A DNA stretch of 64,000 nucleotides, from positions 4,030,001 to 4,094,000 of the forward strand of contig OU015569.1 in assembly GCA_907165135.1 (NCBI GenBank), written 5' to 3'. Under the pieces are notes generated by a model that saw only the letters and a list, made by a program, of their open reading frames with translations, ran no database searches and was not told the origin of the DNA. The position numbers and the translations under genes are program-made. The DNA comes from Oikopleura dioica. Its lineage: Eukaryota > Animalia > Chordata. Below are positions 13,014 through 24,897 of the stretch, in pieces; the first letter of the stretch is position 1; every line of letters begins with the position of its first letter.

Positions 13014-16000
13014 ATGTCTTGGCATTTTCTAGAGAGATGGCTCGAACGAGCGAATCAGCACTCGACGCTGATAGGAAAGTTTTGGATAACTTACCTCATT
13101 GTCTGCAGAATGGTTATCATCGGTTCTATAGGTAAAAATCCAATCAACCGAGATCCTTTTTTATCTTAAAAGCGGCCCTAATTATCTTCATAAACCCTCC
13201 TTCGCTTCGTCACGCAATCAATTTTTTCTAAGAGTATAGATTGAAGCAATGATCACTTAGGGTGGCCTGTACAAATGAAGATGAGGCTTTGAAATATTTT
13301 AAATTATGAGCAAAGGAATTGTTATTATTCGTTTTTGGCAGTGTGTAATATTGCGATCGATAATTTATTCGCGTGATTTGGCACAGAATAATGGACAGTG
13401 TTTTTGATGCTCGAGGAGCATGTTATAAAGCTAATTGGAGAAAAATCCTATTTCAGAGTAAGTCCGTTTTGACGTTGATAGGGTTACCTGGTGCTCATCT
13501 CAAAAGCTCGTGGACGAGTTACAGTAAGCTGCCCTATCTACAGACAGTGCCGGCCCTTACTGCCCATCCCGATAATCATAAATATTACAATGCAATGTGG
13601 CAGCTCTTCTTCTCTACCAGTACAGTGAAATATACAGTTCTATCATGAATTTGTAGATTTATCTTACTAGTGACGTTTTTAATAAAAGAAAAACTTTAAA
13701 CAATGCTACATATTTATGACCAATTGAAATTTCAAATAACACCCGAATGGCTAATTTACTAATGGCTATCAAAAGAAATTTTGGAAATCAAGGAAGAGAA
13801 AAAGATGATTGAGGCTCTTTTTTTTCCACAGAAGTAACATATTAACATGATCGAGAAAAAAACTGTATTTGACAAGCATGATAAAGATAAAAGTCTTCTA
13901 AATAATTGAGAGAATTTAGATGAGAATCAATACTGATATTTGGCATTGTATTATGGACGCGTGAGCTTATTGCTCCTGCTAGCGAGGTGTTTTATTTATG
14001 ATTTTGCGCGTTGACATTTGAAAAAACAGAAAGTCAAGGAGATTTTTATCGATAAAATCTGCTATATTATTTATTTGTTGTGTTATATTATAAATTTTAG
14101 GAGACCGAGTTTACGCCGATGAACAGTCAGAATTTCGCTGCAATACCCAGCAACCTGGGTGTGTTCAGGTAATGCTAACGTATGGGCTTTCTGACGAAAA
14201 GAGGCTTATTGAAAATTGAGCATATTCCAAATTTACTTGCTTGTAACGGGTTATTAATGAATTAATGGATTCTGATCAGTGGCATCTCAGATTTGAAAAT
14301 GGAGAAGCTCCAAATTGATTTTATCATTCATTAACAGACAATTAATATTCTCCATCATCGTGTCTAGAGAACCTAATGATCCATTTTAATATTTTGTTCA
14401 AGTTATTTTATTGAGGAATATTTAGGTCTGCTACAACAAGTTCGCGCCAATTTCACATGTACGATTCTGGGGCTTTCAGCTCATGTGCGTGACGATGCCG
14501 TCTGTTGGCTTCATCGTCTATTCTGGTCATAAGGCGAAAGTGAGTGAGAAAGTTAAAATCGTTGCTCCTCAAGATGGGAGAAGATTCAGTTGATAACTGC
14601 TCAATTCAGGAAAAAATGCGCGTCGAACAATCAAAAAAGCAAGAAGCAAAGGCACAACTGATTGCAGAAAAGGTAAATTATTGTCGAGAATAAATAAAGT
14701 AAAAGCATTAAACTCGTTTATCCCTGGTGATTTCGAGTCCCTATGGGATGATGACCTACCCTTTTCTTTCGGTGTCAAGGGCACGGAATTGATTGCGCAT
14801 TCTTATTCAATGCGATGTCTTATGCTCTAAATTTAGAAATCCGAAAGGGCAGTGTCTACCTCAGGGAGCGTGCTACCTGCGGGTCAAAAGCCAACTACAA
14901 ACATGAAAGAAGCGCAAACGCAAACTCATCGCCAAACGGATGATGACTCCGATTCGTCGGGGAACAAGAACTACCACAGCAGGTACGAAAATTGTCATTT
15001 TCCCTGGATTCAGACAACATTCAGAAGATCGAGACATCATAGAAGTCGAGACAATACCAATGGACATCATACAAGCAGAAAGCACCAAAAGTCCCCACCT
15101 CAATATGAAAAAGAAGTGGAATATGACATGCCCCCTCCACCAATGCTCCAAACTGGCAAAGGATCTGATCTTCAAAACCAAGATCAGGTATGCCTCGAAA
15201 ATCCAAAATTATTAATGATGGAAACAGCCTGTCGTGCAGGCATTGCTCGATTCTTCAAAAGTGACGAAAGAAAACAAAGAAGAGTCCAAGAAAAAATGCG
15301 GCATAATGGTCGGAAAGTCCGTCTCGCAGCATTTTCATCTCTACATGGTTAGCACTTATTTTTGAAAAGGAAATGACTTTCGATCGCAGGCCAACGTATT
15401 CTTCCGTTTGGCTTCCGAAGCAACTTTCGGGATTCTTCAATTGTGGCTCTTTGGATATAAAGTGAAGGAGCTTTTCAAATGTCAGGGCTTTCCCTGCCCT
15501 CACGTCGTCGACTGTTTCATTTCTCGACCAGCAGAAAAAACTATTTTTCTCAATTTCATGCTAGGTACATTCTGAATACAAAACGGAAAATATTATATTT
15601 GTTTCTCAGGATTTACGATATTTTGCGTCATTTTAAATTTGATGGAGTTCAAGTACCTCTGCTATCTCTTCTTTAAAGCGAGAGTCAAGCTCACTGCCAA
15701 AAGAAGCCATCCTATACTGCCAAAACCTTCCTCCTTCCGAAACTTTCCTGCCTACGAGCCACTAGGAAAACCGCTAGGTGAGTCTGCAGTGTGAGAAAAC
15801 TCAAAGCCTGTTGATGATTTGTTTGGACAAGTTATTCCTGATCATATAGCGGCTGTCAGAATGATAAGTTGTTCCCTTGGTCTGCTTTAGAACATGTCAT
15901 TGACATGAGTATTCCAATTAGCAAGTCAGTTGTGGGGTGTCCGTTTTATTGTGCCCTTGGGGGTGTGCGTTCTCACCAGCATCACAATTTGCGTTGTCCT

Positions 16001-16275
16001 TGCCCCATCACTTCGCATATTTTAGGGTTTGACATGCCTGAGCCCCGCCCGCCAAATCAATCGCCCAAAGGACAAAATCAATTAGGCCTTGCACCTCCTC
16101 CTCCTATGCATCCACAGGTAATCGCAGTCAAATATAGCTGAAGTAATGATTTTGATAGAGCTACGTTGACGTCGATGCGGCGGCGTCGACATTTGGAAAC
16201 GGACACTTCGCTACTTCTGCCGGCGAAGTGGAGAAGCGCGAGAGCCGTTGGAATCTCCCGAAAAAGAAGTCGTAG
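13014..16275 (+). CDS. Connexin (gap junction protein), multi-exon, long low-complexity cytoplasmic loop
   Basis: Exon 1 13014-13131 MSWHFLERWLERANQHSTLIGKFWITYLIVCRMVIIGSI. Exon 14101-14168 GDRVYADEQSEFRCNTQQPGCVQ. Exon 14426-14539 VCYNKFAPISHVRFWGFQL (EL1 cysteine signature). Exon from 15390 ...FKCQGFPCPHVVDCFISRPAEKTIF (EL2 signature). GT-AG introns in consistent phases; stop TAG 16273-16275. Confidence 0.92.
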
Positions 16276-16463
16276 AATATTCTTATTTATAGACAAATGC
16301 CGACCCTTCCCCGTCTTAAACTTTGCACACATATGACAGCATAATATGTATAGATTATTGATATTTTACTGAGAACACTTTTAAATAGAATACAGTTTGA
16401 AAATCTTAACATTCTTGCTGGGAACTCATAGGAGCTCAATTAGCATCTTCCCTGGCGGAAAAT

Positions 16464-18503
16464 ATGGCGGCAAGTGACTTCCTGGGCGATTGTTCAAATA
16501 CTAGTTTGAAAGAGTATATTTACCTTCTGTTAATTCACCATTTTTTCGCAAAGTCAGAACTTTAGCAAAAGCTGTGCAAATGCCCTTGACCGCAAACTAG
16601 CAGCAATGATGCTAGCTTCGAAATAGGAACGAGAAAAAGACCAAAAGAAAGATAGATTGATACATAATAGAGACGAAAGAGCAAGATTACAGTGATGGTA
16701 ACCTGGGAAGATGAACACGATCAAGATTTACCAAGAAAAACGCTGAAAGATTATTATGTGACTGGGAAAAGGTTCAACATTATTTTGAATCTCATCGTAG
16801 CGCAATTAGAATTCCTTATCGTTTCGTTAATGAAGCTTTTTCAAATAAAAACAAAAACTGAGAAAGTACTGTACTAGCCATTGTGTATTAGACGAGAATA
16901 ATTCTGATGGCGAAGCGGATGCGATAGAGATAGTAAATACACTCGTTCTGTTTAAGTACCAGAACTAGATGACGGTCTCTAGAGAAATGACATTTGCTAA
17001 CATAGTGTTAGATGTTTACTTGAATTTAGTTGAAACTCAGAAAAGTATAAGTTCGTCGTTTATATACAAGGTAAGATTATTGACGGTTATCTACTTTCCT
17101 ATTGAAAGTGCAACGATTAAACAATTACTTTAGCTACCATAATCGAATTTATCAAAATTTTCACTTTCAGTAATATATATACCTCGGTATCTCCGAACTC
17201 AAAAGACAAATATGTTCACTTGAAAACTTCAACCTTATTATTCGCAGGCTAGTTACATTAGAATATTTCATTTTTCTTGCTCAACATGAAGATTTTTCCT
17301 GATTCAACAAAAGTTTTAATTACTACTAGAAATTTATATTTGGAGTCGAGATTCTTTCAAATATAGAAGGAAAGGTCTTTGACTGGGCTTAGTTGGCAGA
17401 TCCTCGAATAGGCTATCACTCAATTAGTACACAAATCCTTCAGCAATTATCAGACTTGGAATTATCGTTCTGTGTCGCGAGCAAATCGTCCTTACGCAAA
17501 CAGATCTTTGCAAAGTCCTAAGCTTCCCAAATACACTGGCCCGCTTCCTTGGCGACATGGAATAGCATCGTCGGAAAACATTCCGTACACACGCTTCTGT
17601 GTTTGTTGAAAAGACGCTTTTGACGGTCCGAACAAAGAAAGTTTGGCTAAGTCTGATAAGTATTTACTGTAAAGCACTTTGGATCAAAAGCCACTTTTGT
17701 CAAAAACTGCTGTGGATCGGAGACGCACTTCCCTTTTCAAAAATAATAAAAAACGCTAAACAAGACCTTATTATTCGATGGTTCAGAGATCAACAACAAC
17801 TCCTTGGTTCTCCTCGAGATACACCTTCAACAAAGATGCTGCAACTTTCACGCTGCCAATAAATTTAGAGGTAGAGAAGCCCGATTATTTCAAAGCACAA
17901 ACGTAGCTCTTAGGCTCTGCGGGGTCTGACGCCCCTTGAGTACATCACGGACTATCTGAAAATCGTTCCTCGTCGTCAGCGTCTTTACAAGAAACTCTGG
18001 GACCTTCGAATATCAAAACATCGACGATCAAAGAGAAAAGACGAGGATGACTTCGACCCCGATAGACTCAATCTTGAGGAACTGGCAGCCGCGTTCTTTG
18101 ACTTTTGGAGAGGTGCAACTATTTTAAACGTATTTTTCACCCTTTACTGGCAGGCGCTGTGTCGGCAGATAGTTTCACGAGAATGGGCGAGACCCTCAAT
18201 TTCCAAGGATTGGAAGAATTTGACGAGAAGCAATTTTACAGCGTGACTGCATTCTGGTAACATCATTTTTCCCCATCAAATCAGCATTTTCATTAGCGAA
18301 CGCTTCATGGCAAACGAAGACAAGAAGAAAGGACTGCAATTCAAAAAGACGGTGAAAGGTAGGCGACAAGGAGAAAAACAAGAACTCTAAAAATTCAAGA
18401 CCAAGAACGAGCCGACTTCAGTAGTTTCGGAAAATTCGAAAGATTTAAAATCTCCAAAGAAATGTTTTGCCTGTTCTCCTGCGTCAAGCAATTTAACTCT
18501 TAG
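16464..18503 (+). CDS. Unidentified multi-exon protein; C-terminal part could be EF-hand-like
   Basis: AAAATATGGCGG start context. Spliceable 3' exons give LTPLEYITDYLKIVPRRQRLYKKLWD...LNLEELAAAFFDFWRGAVSADSF...ERADFSSFGKFERFKISKEMFCLFSCVKQFNS*. 5' exons not resolved. Confidence 0.45.
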
Positions 18504-18622
18504 TGCATTTAAATTTTGAAATCGAAAGATTTTCCAGAGTAATAAACAAACTTTCATTCAACATAATAAAATTTATTCAATTACGTTCGGCAGCTCTTTA
18601 GCGGCAGTAGCTGGGGACAGAT

Positions 18623-19654
18623 TTAATTCTGCGCCGCTCTATTGTTGTAAACTTGGCTCTTCTCTCGTTCTCGCACTTTCTCGGCATTCAGCTGATCGAG
18701 CTGACTCTTGCAGTGCATTCGGGCTCGTGCTACGTCGTTCTCCGTAAGGACCTCTTCCGCGCGCTGCTCGATGCTCTTTATTCCCGAGCGGAAGATCTTC
18801 TCCCAATTGTAGACAGTCTTCGCCCGCGCACCGAACTCCCAGGTCAGCACCCGTTGATTGTCATTTTCAATCATTGTTTGGGTGCTCAAGTCTTTCTTTG
18901 TCATGCTTTAAAATCAAATTAATGACCATGAGGAGGTGAGTGTTAAGGTTTGCGCCCTTGTCTCGGCATTCTGTGTAGAAACCTGAGTCAGGTTTCCATC
19001 ACAATCTATTTATAACCTGTGGCGAAACGGTTAAAAAAACAACCCTACGCGGCTTTTTACAAATTTTAAAGCTCTTTCAGGCCCCTGACTCAGGTTTCTA
19101 CACTGGTTGCCCAGCCAAGCTGCAAGTATCGTAACTTACGCGACCCGTTTGATTAAGTTGCTTTTCTCGAGCATACTTATGAGCTGTTTGGCACTCTTGC
19201 CGCCATGGAGGCTATCTGGTTTGTCCCATTCGATCTTCAGCTTCTCGATGAAGATTTTCTTCATCTCGGGCTCGGTTAATTTCCCTTTTCGGAAGAACAT
19301 CACATGCATGAGCATGGTAGCGATGTGATCGAGCGAGGAAAAGTTATTTTCGGGCTTTTCTTCGGGCGAAAGAACCTTTTCTTCGACGAACACCGCCATT
19401 TCTTGCTGGTCACGAGGGAGAATGAGCTGGAGTCCTGGAGAGAAATGCAGGTCCATTCCGAACATTTGCTAAAAAACGCTAAAGATCATATTGACAGAAG
19501 AAGACACCTTGAATTGAGGAGCCATCTCCTTGAAATCTTTCACGCTCATTCCAGCGAGTTTGGCGATATCACCTGGTTGCTTTCCGGCATTCTTGCCGTT
19601 TATGATCACTTGGATCATCTGTTTGAGACGCTCCCGCCGTTCGTCTCGGTTCAT
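18623..19654 (-). CDS. NSMCE3: MAGE-domain protein, probable SMC5/6 subunit NSE3; 3 exons, divergent
   Basis: Spliced ...QFK|QMFGMDL..., then MLMHVMFFRKGKLTEPEMKKIF..KLKI....SLHGGKSAKQLI..LEKSNLIKR and WEFGARAK. These match the MAGE winged-helix pattern (VFGxEL; ILxxIFMxGN; FLWGPRA). Confidence 0.7.
18959..19118. mobile_element. Short MITE (family A) in NSE3 intron 2
   Basis: Perfect 20 bp inverted repeat GTGTAGAAACCTGAGTCAGG (18973-18992) / CCTGACTCAGGTTTCTACAC (19084-19103), extending imperfectly outward. Related ends at 26419, 28769-28925 and 55999. Confidence 0.8.
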
Positions 19655-19700
19655 TCTTGATCTAAATCACTCTCTGACGGCTGAGATAATGCAAAAAGAT

Positions 19701-19772
19701 TGCGATGGCCGGGAATCGAACCCGGATCTAATGCTTGGAAGGCATCAATGCTGACCATTACACCACCAACGC
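19701..19772 (-). tRNA. tRNA-Gly(TCC)
   Basis: GCGTTGGTGGTGTAATGGTCAGCATTGATGCCTTCCAAGCATTAGATCCGGGTTCGATTCCCGGCCATCGCA with anticodon TCC. One U-U mismatch in the acceptor stem; T5 terminator follows. Confidence 0.95.
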
Positions 19773-20792
19773 TTGGGATAAATGCGAAAAGACGGGCGTT
19801 ATTTGGTTGCAATAAATTTATTAAGAGTTTCATTTAAAGCATCGCAAAAAAAAGAAATGATGAAGTGTTGGAGATTCACAATATATAAACTTATAGAGGT
19901 CCATCAGTAACGAAGAAAAGGATAACAGGAGTTGTTTTGAAAATAGGTCTAAGATCTAGTTCCACTAGAAATGAAACAAAGGGCAGATTTTGAAGCCATC
20001 ACGGATTTGTGTGAGTGAGGACACTTTTGTTGAACTTCTGTTAAAGAGAACTTGAGGAGGCGTCTTTTCATAAGCACCGGTAAAAGACGTTATTTTAAAT
20101 AAAAATTATAAAAAGCTTGCGTAGGATTGAAGACCTGAGAAAGAGAAACGAGCCGGGTTTTGTGGAGGCTCTAGTTTTTTTTTAATGAAAATTGTTTAGA
20201 AGTAAAAGAGGAGAGTACCGCAACCAAGTAACAGCACTAAACACCTTTGATTATCTAGTACAGAATTTTTCGCGGGTTTAGATAGCGGGATAGACTTCAA
20301 ATGAGCATTCTCAAGATGTCTATCGAGTTCAGAAACTCGTCAGGTATCAAAAGAAAGTTTTTTTGAAAAAGCCAAGAAACTAAAAATTGCGAGTCAAGAA
20401 AAATTGGCAATTTTTTTTTGTCGAAATGGTTTGATATCATATACCCGTGTTAAAATTAATTCTTATTTTTTTATCTTTGAAAATTTTTAAACAAAAAAAA
20501 GGAAACAGCAAAAGATATGGAAGTTTGATTTGAGGCGTGGTGGTATACGATAGGATTTAGTTAAGAAAGCTCTTGAGAATTAGAACACCCTAGTTAAAAT
20601 TTTTAAAGAATCGAAATTATGAATATTGCAAAGACTAGCGTTTTGGTGTTTGTGTAAAGGGACCTATGTGGACCACCTATAGTTGGATCTATATTGTGTG
20701 TAGGAGAACCATTCCGCGCAGATTGTCGTTATGCCATTTATGCCAGCCGGTAAAATATCTTCATGGTCGAACTTTTTTCCCATAAAGATAGT

Positions 20793-23700
20793 TTAGTGTT
20801 TTTCCGATTCAGAGGAGACCAAGACCGCTTCCGTTCGATTTTCTTTCGCCACGCCGTTTCCATTGACCAGAGCCTAAAAATTTAGTGAATATCTGTGAAC
20901 TTTCTTTAGCGAAGGTCAGTCCTAGCATGCTTTTATGTGTATTATCTGCATGTAGTTCAAATAGACTAAATCGACTTTGCTTTTTTTATCGAGAAGAGTC
21001 GATATTTTTCAATAAGTAAGGATAAGTTTGTACCCTTGAATGTCTGAATTCTTTTCCCTGAAGACGATAGATGATAGTTATATAAACATGCATACCATTT
21101 GCTCTTGAGATTTTCCATTGGAAATTCCATGCTTCTTGTAGTCTGGATTCTCAGAAGAGTGTTTCCATCCGTACCCGAAGTATATCGCGTATCCGGCTAA
21201 AAGAAAGATATTTCCCGAGTTTTAGTCCTTTCTCTACCTGCAAGCCAGAAGGTGAGCTTGACCCAGATCGTCCATCGCAAGAACACCATCAGATAGACAT
21301 TGACAAGGATGTTTACAACAGGGATGAATGGGATGAGAGGTACCTTAAAAATGACCATCTTGATATAAGAGCAACAATACCTTGAAGTTGAGAACGGCCT
21401 CCGACTCCGGTTGGCGCCAGATAAAAATGCTGAATACGATAATTAAAACGCCGAAAACGAGCATTCCCTTCGTCCACTCGAACTTTGAGCACACTGAGAA
21501 GAGGATCGAAAAGATAGCTGAATGCGGCTTTAGAAAGGATGTTCAGCATTTGCACTCATTACCAATAAAAGAGGTGGAGTACGACACAGCCTGTGCGGAC
21601 AATTCGGTGGGAGTGCCATATCGAGGCGAGAAAAAATCCTTGATGGCAAAAGTCTCCGCAGAAGTATCAATTACTGGATCAGCGGATGTGTCCAATCTGT
21701 AGCGAAGTACCATGACCGACGTAGCGACAAGAGTGTAAGCCATAAGGGTTCCAATCGACATGAAATCAACCAGTTCTTCGAGATCGAAGACGAGCGCAAG
21801 TACAGCTAAAGAACCAAATGAACAAATAGAAACAGAATATTCATTCAAGTGAAGTTTGCAAATTTTTATGTCTTTCGTACTATGGATCAAAGTGGAAAGC
21901 TATTCACTAGCTTCAGCGAATTACTTTTCATCAATCAATTGGAGGGCCGATTAGCCTTTGAGAAATAATCACGAAATAAATACCTTGCATAATTTGCGCG
22001 CACTAGACTTTCTTCTGCATTGGACAAATTAAGAGAAAATAAATCAAGCTAGCTTACCGGCGAGGGCACCAGAAACAGCAGTAGCGATAATGGGCGTTTT
22101 GGTTTTTTCAGAAACTTCGGCGAGTTTTCGGAATAGAATTCCGTCTTCGGCCATGGCGTAAATGACGCGCGGCATGGGAAACATTGCGCCGAGCAGAGAC
22201 GTAGTCAGCGCACAGGTGGCACCGATACCAGTCAAATACTGGTTCACAGGGTCACAACGCATTCTGTGTGTCAACATTTCTTGGAGGAGAAGAGACCCTT
22301 TCCTTGGCCCAGGGCATTCCATTACGAGCAAAGGCAGCGGGCAATGGCGCTTCTTTGTCCAAGAAGAAATAAGGCACCATCAAAGTCAAGCTAGCGGAGA
22401 CACCAAGGTACGCAACGCAGCATACAATCAAGGAAAGAACAATGGAATAGGGAATATCTCGCTGAATCGGAAATGAGCAACTCTAACTGCTACCTAAATT
22501 ACCTGAGGGTTGATAGCTTCTTCGCCAGTGGTAGCGATGGCATCGAAGCCAACGAAAGCGTAGAAACAGGTGGCAGTGCCAGCGATGACGCCTGAAAAGC
22601 CGTATGGAAGGAAACCACCACTTCCGGGCCATTCGCCTTCTTCTGGATCACGGGCTGTCTGATCAACGTTAAACGATATGTTCCCTTGAGAGTAATTCTC
22701 TAAGATGCTCATTCCATTCGATTTCTGTTAGTGGGATTTTTCACGCGTTAGTTTGAAAATAAATTTAATTTTTGCGGATCTCACAACACTTGTGCATGAA
22801 TTCGAAACTCGCAAGAAAACTCGGAAAGGGAAAAATTATTGGACAATCCAAAATTTCATGAAATCACTCCTTAGAAATTCTGGTAAAAGAAAAAGACACT
22901 CGATTGAAAATGCACTCAAGCTAGTTCTACCGATTGCGGATTAAAAGTCCCATCCTCCCAGAATACATGGTTGGTGTGGTTGATGTCGCGGCAAGAAACA
23001 GTGGACGTCGAGATATTGTCGGAAAACTGATGTTCCACCAAGTAGTTAACTTCGGTCTGGTTGAGCGTCCAGTTTTCGAAAAAGGGTCTATCACCACCGA
23101 CGAATAATCCGGCGAAAGTGACGAACACGATCACGACGATGTTGACCATTGTGAAAAGCTTGTTGATAAAGGCGACTTCTTCGACTCCATAAGCGAGGAG
23201 ACCTGGGATTTGGTTTTTGCGCAAGGCAGAGGGATGGATTACTTACAGCAGAGGAGGATGATGATCACAGCAGCGAATATGTCAGGATAAGATTCGGTGA
23301 AGGAACTGCTGAAGTGGGGCATGTACTGCACAGTGAAGGAGCGAATTTGGCATCCTATCAGCGCGTCCAAATTCGTACTCCACGCTTTTGCCACAGACGC
23401 TGTCCCAACAACGTACGAGAGCACGAGATTCCATCCGATGGTCAACGCGCAGAACTCGCCCATTGTCACGTAGCTGAGGCGATCGAAATTAGATATATTC
23501 ATTCTTAGCATTGCATACCTATAGATATAGCCGGAACCTGCCTTTGGGACTCGCGCGCCGAACTCGGCGTAGCACATTCCAGAGAGGATGGAAGAGAAGG
23601 CTGCGATTATAAAGGAGAGGATAACGGCCGGGCCAGAGGCTTCTCGGCCGACTTGTCCAGAAAGGACGTAGACCCCAGCTCCGAGGGTCGAGCCGACTCC

Positions 23701-23882
23701 GATCGAGGTGAGATCAAGGAGTCCCAGCGTTCTCTTTTCATGTGTTCAGCAAGATTTACCCTTTTAGAAAAAGAAACGCTAGAATTATTGTTGAGCCGGA
23801 CCTTGAGCTTGGTCTCGGTCTTCTCCTCGTCAGAGAAGACCTTTCTACGCGTCATTGCGTTGAGTACATCTGTCAGTGGCAT
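20793..23882 (-). CDS. Cationic amino acid transporter (SLC7A1-4 / CAT family), multi-exon
   Basis: [23 protein letters not shown]; [16 protein letters not shown]; [39 protein letters not shown]; [17 protein letters not shown]; [16 protein letters not shown]; C-terminal VPLIPFIPV. Last exon ...SESEKH* ends at 20793. Confidence 0.92.
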
Positions 23883-24897
23883 TGTCGATGTAGTTTAATA
23901 TTTTTGCGTCCGTCGATGTGGTCAGCTTGTCTCGAGACAGTTCTCTAAAAAAGTGAAGGATTAGATAGCTGGTTGCCGCAATTTATACGAGAAAAAAATA
24001 GTATGGGAGTAAAGGAGCATCACCGATAAGTAGCGCCGCAGGCGGGCTAACGACGTCATTCGCCAAAAGCCTGTAATTGACGCAACGATAGTTCAGTTCA
24101 CAAATTCCTTGTCCGTGAAAATAAAAACGGTCTCTTTCGTAAACCTAGTTTAGTAAATTATGAGAAGGTGCGGGAGTAAATTTCTAAATAGATCCAAATT
24201 AACGGAAGCGGAAATACTATATCTTCATTAATTCAGGACGCGATTTTCACGTGGTACTGTATTTCTTCCATAAAAGGGGGGACTCTGTTTTAACATGAGA
24301 ATCTCTTTTTTAGGTGACAATTAGTCGCTGACATGCGCTAGAGAAAAAATACCTTGACTTGACATTTTTGCCAACAACGCCCTGTCCTCTCAGACTTAAA
24401 CGCTTTAGCTACTGGGAGAATACTCTGTTGTTACTTGTTAATGATGATAGTAATTACTAATGACGGGTATTAAGTATTTAATTAATAATGAGTTTTGAAA
24501 ATATGAATTCGGATAAATTAAAAGAAGGAATTACGCGAAAATGAATTAGGAAATGGAAGATTTGTTGAATGTCTCTCCTGAATTCAATAAAATAGGGATG
24601 GAAAAATAGGCGTGTTCTGTTAACTCAGCGAAAATTAAAAATTGGTCTCGAGCGTGGGCAAAAACGTTCTGGCGCGCGCTGATGACTCAGAGAAATACGA
24701 AAAAGATCCTTTTCTGAAGAGCAGATCCTGCTTTCTTCTCTTTTCGGCATCTCTTTCCCCACTTTCCTGAGTCGGGTTTAGTCTTTATGAAAGTTGAAGC
24801 AATTATTGATTGAAATTTGTTTCATTATTCAAGCATGATGAAATGTTTCCGAAGAAAATAACGATTTTTTTCTTCTTCAGAAAAAGATTCATTTGAA

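Noticed and set aside
13373-13648. Exon-like ORF inside connexin intron 1
   Set aside because: It would need 20-24 nt introns and ends in stops; no homology recognised.
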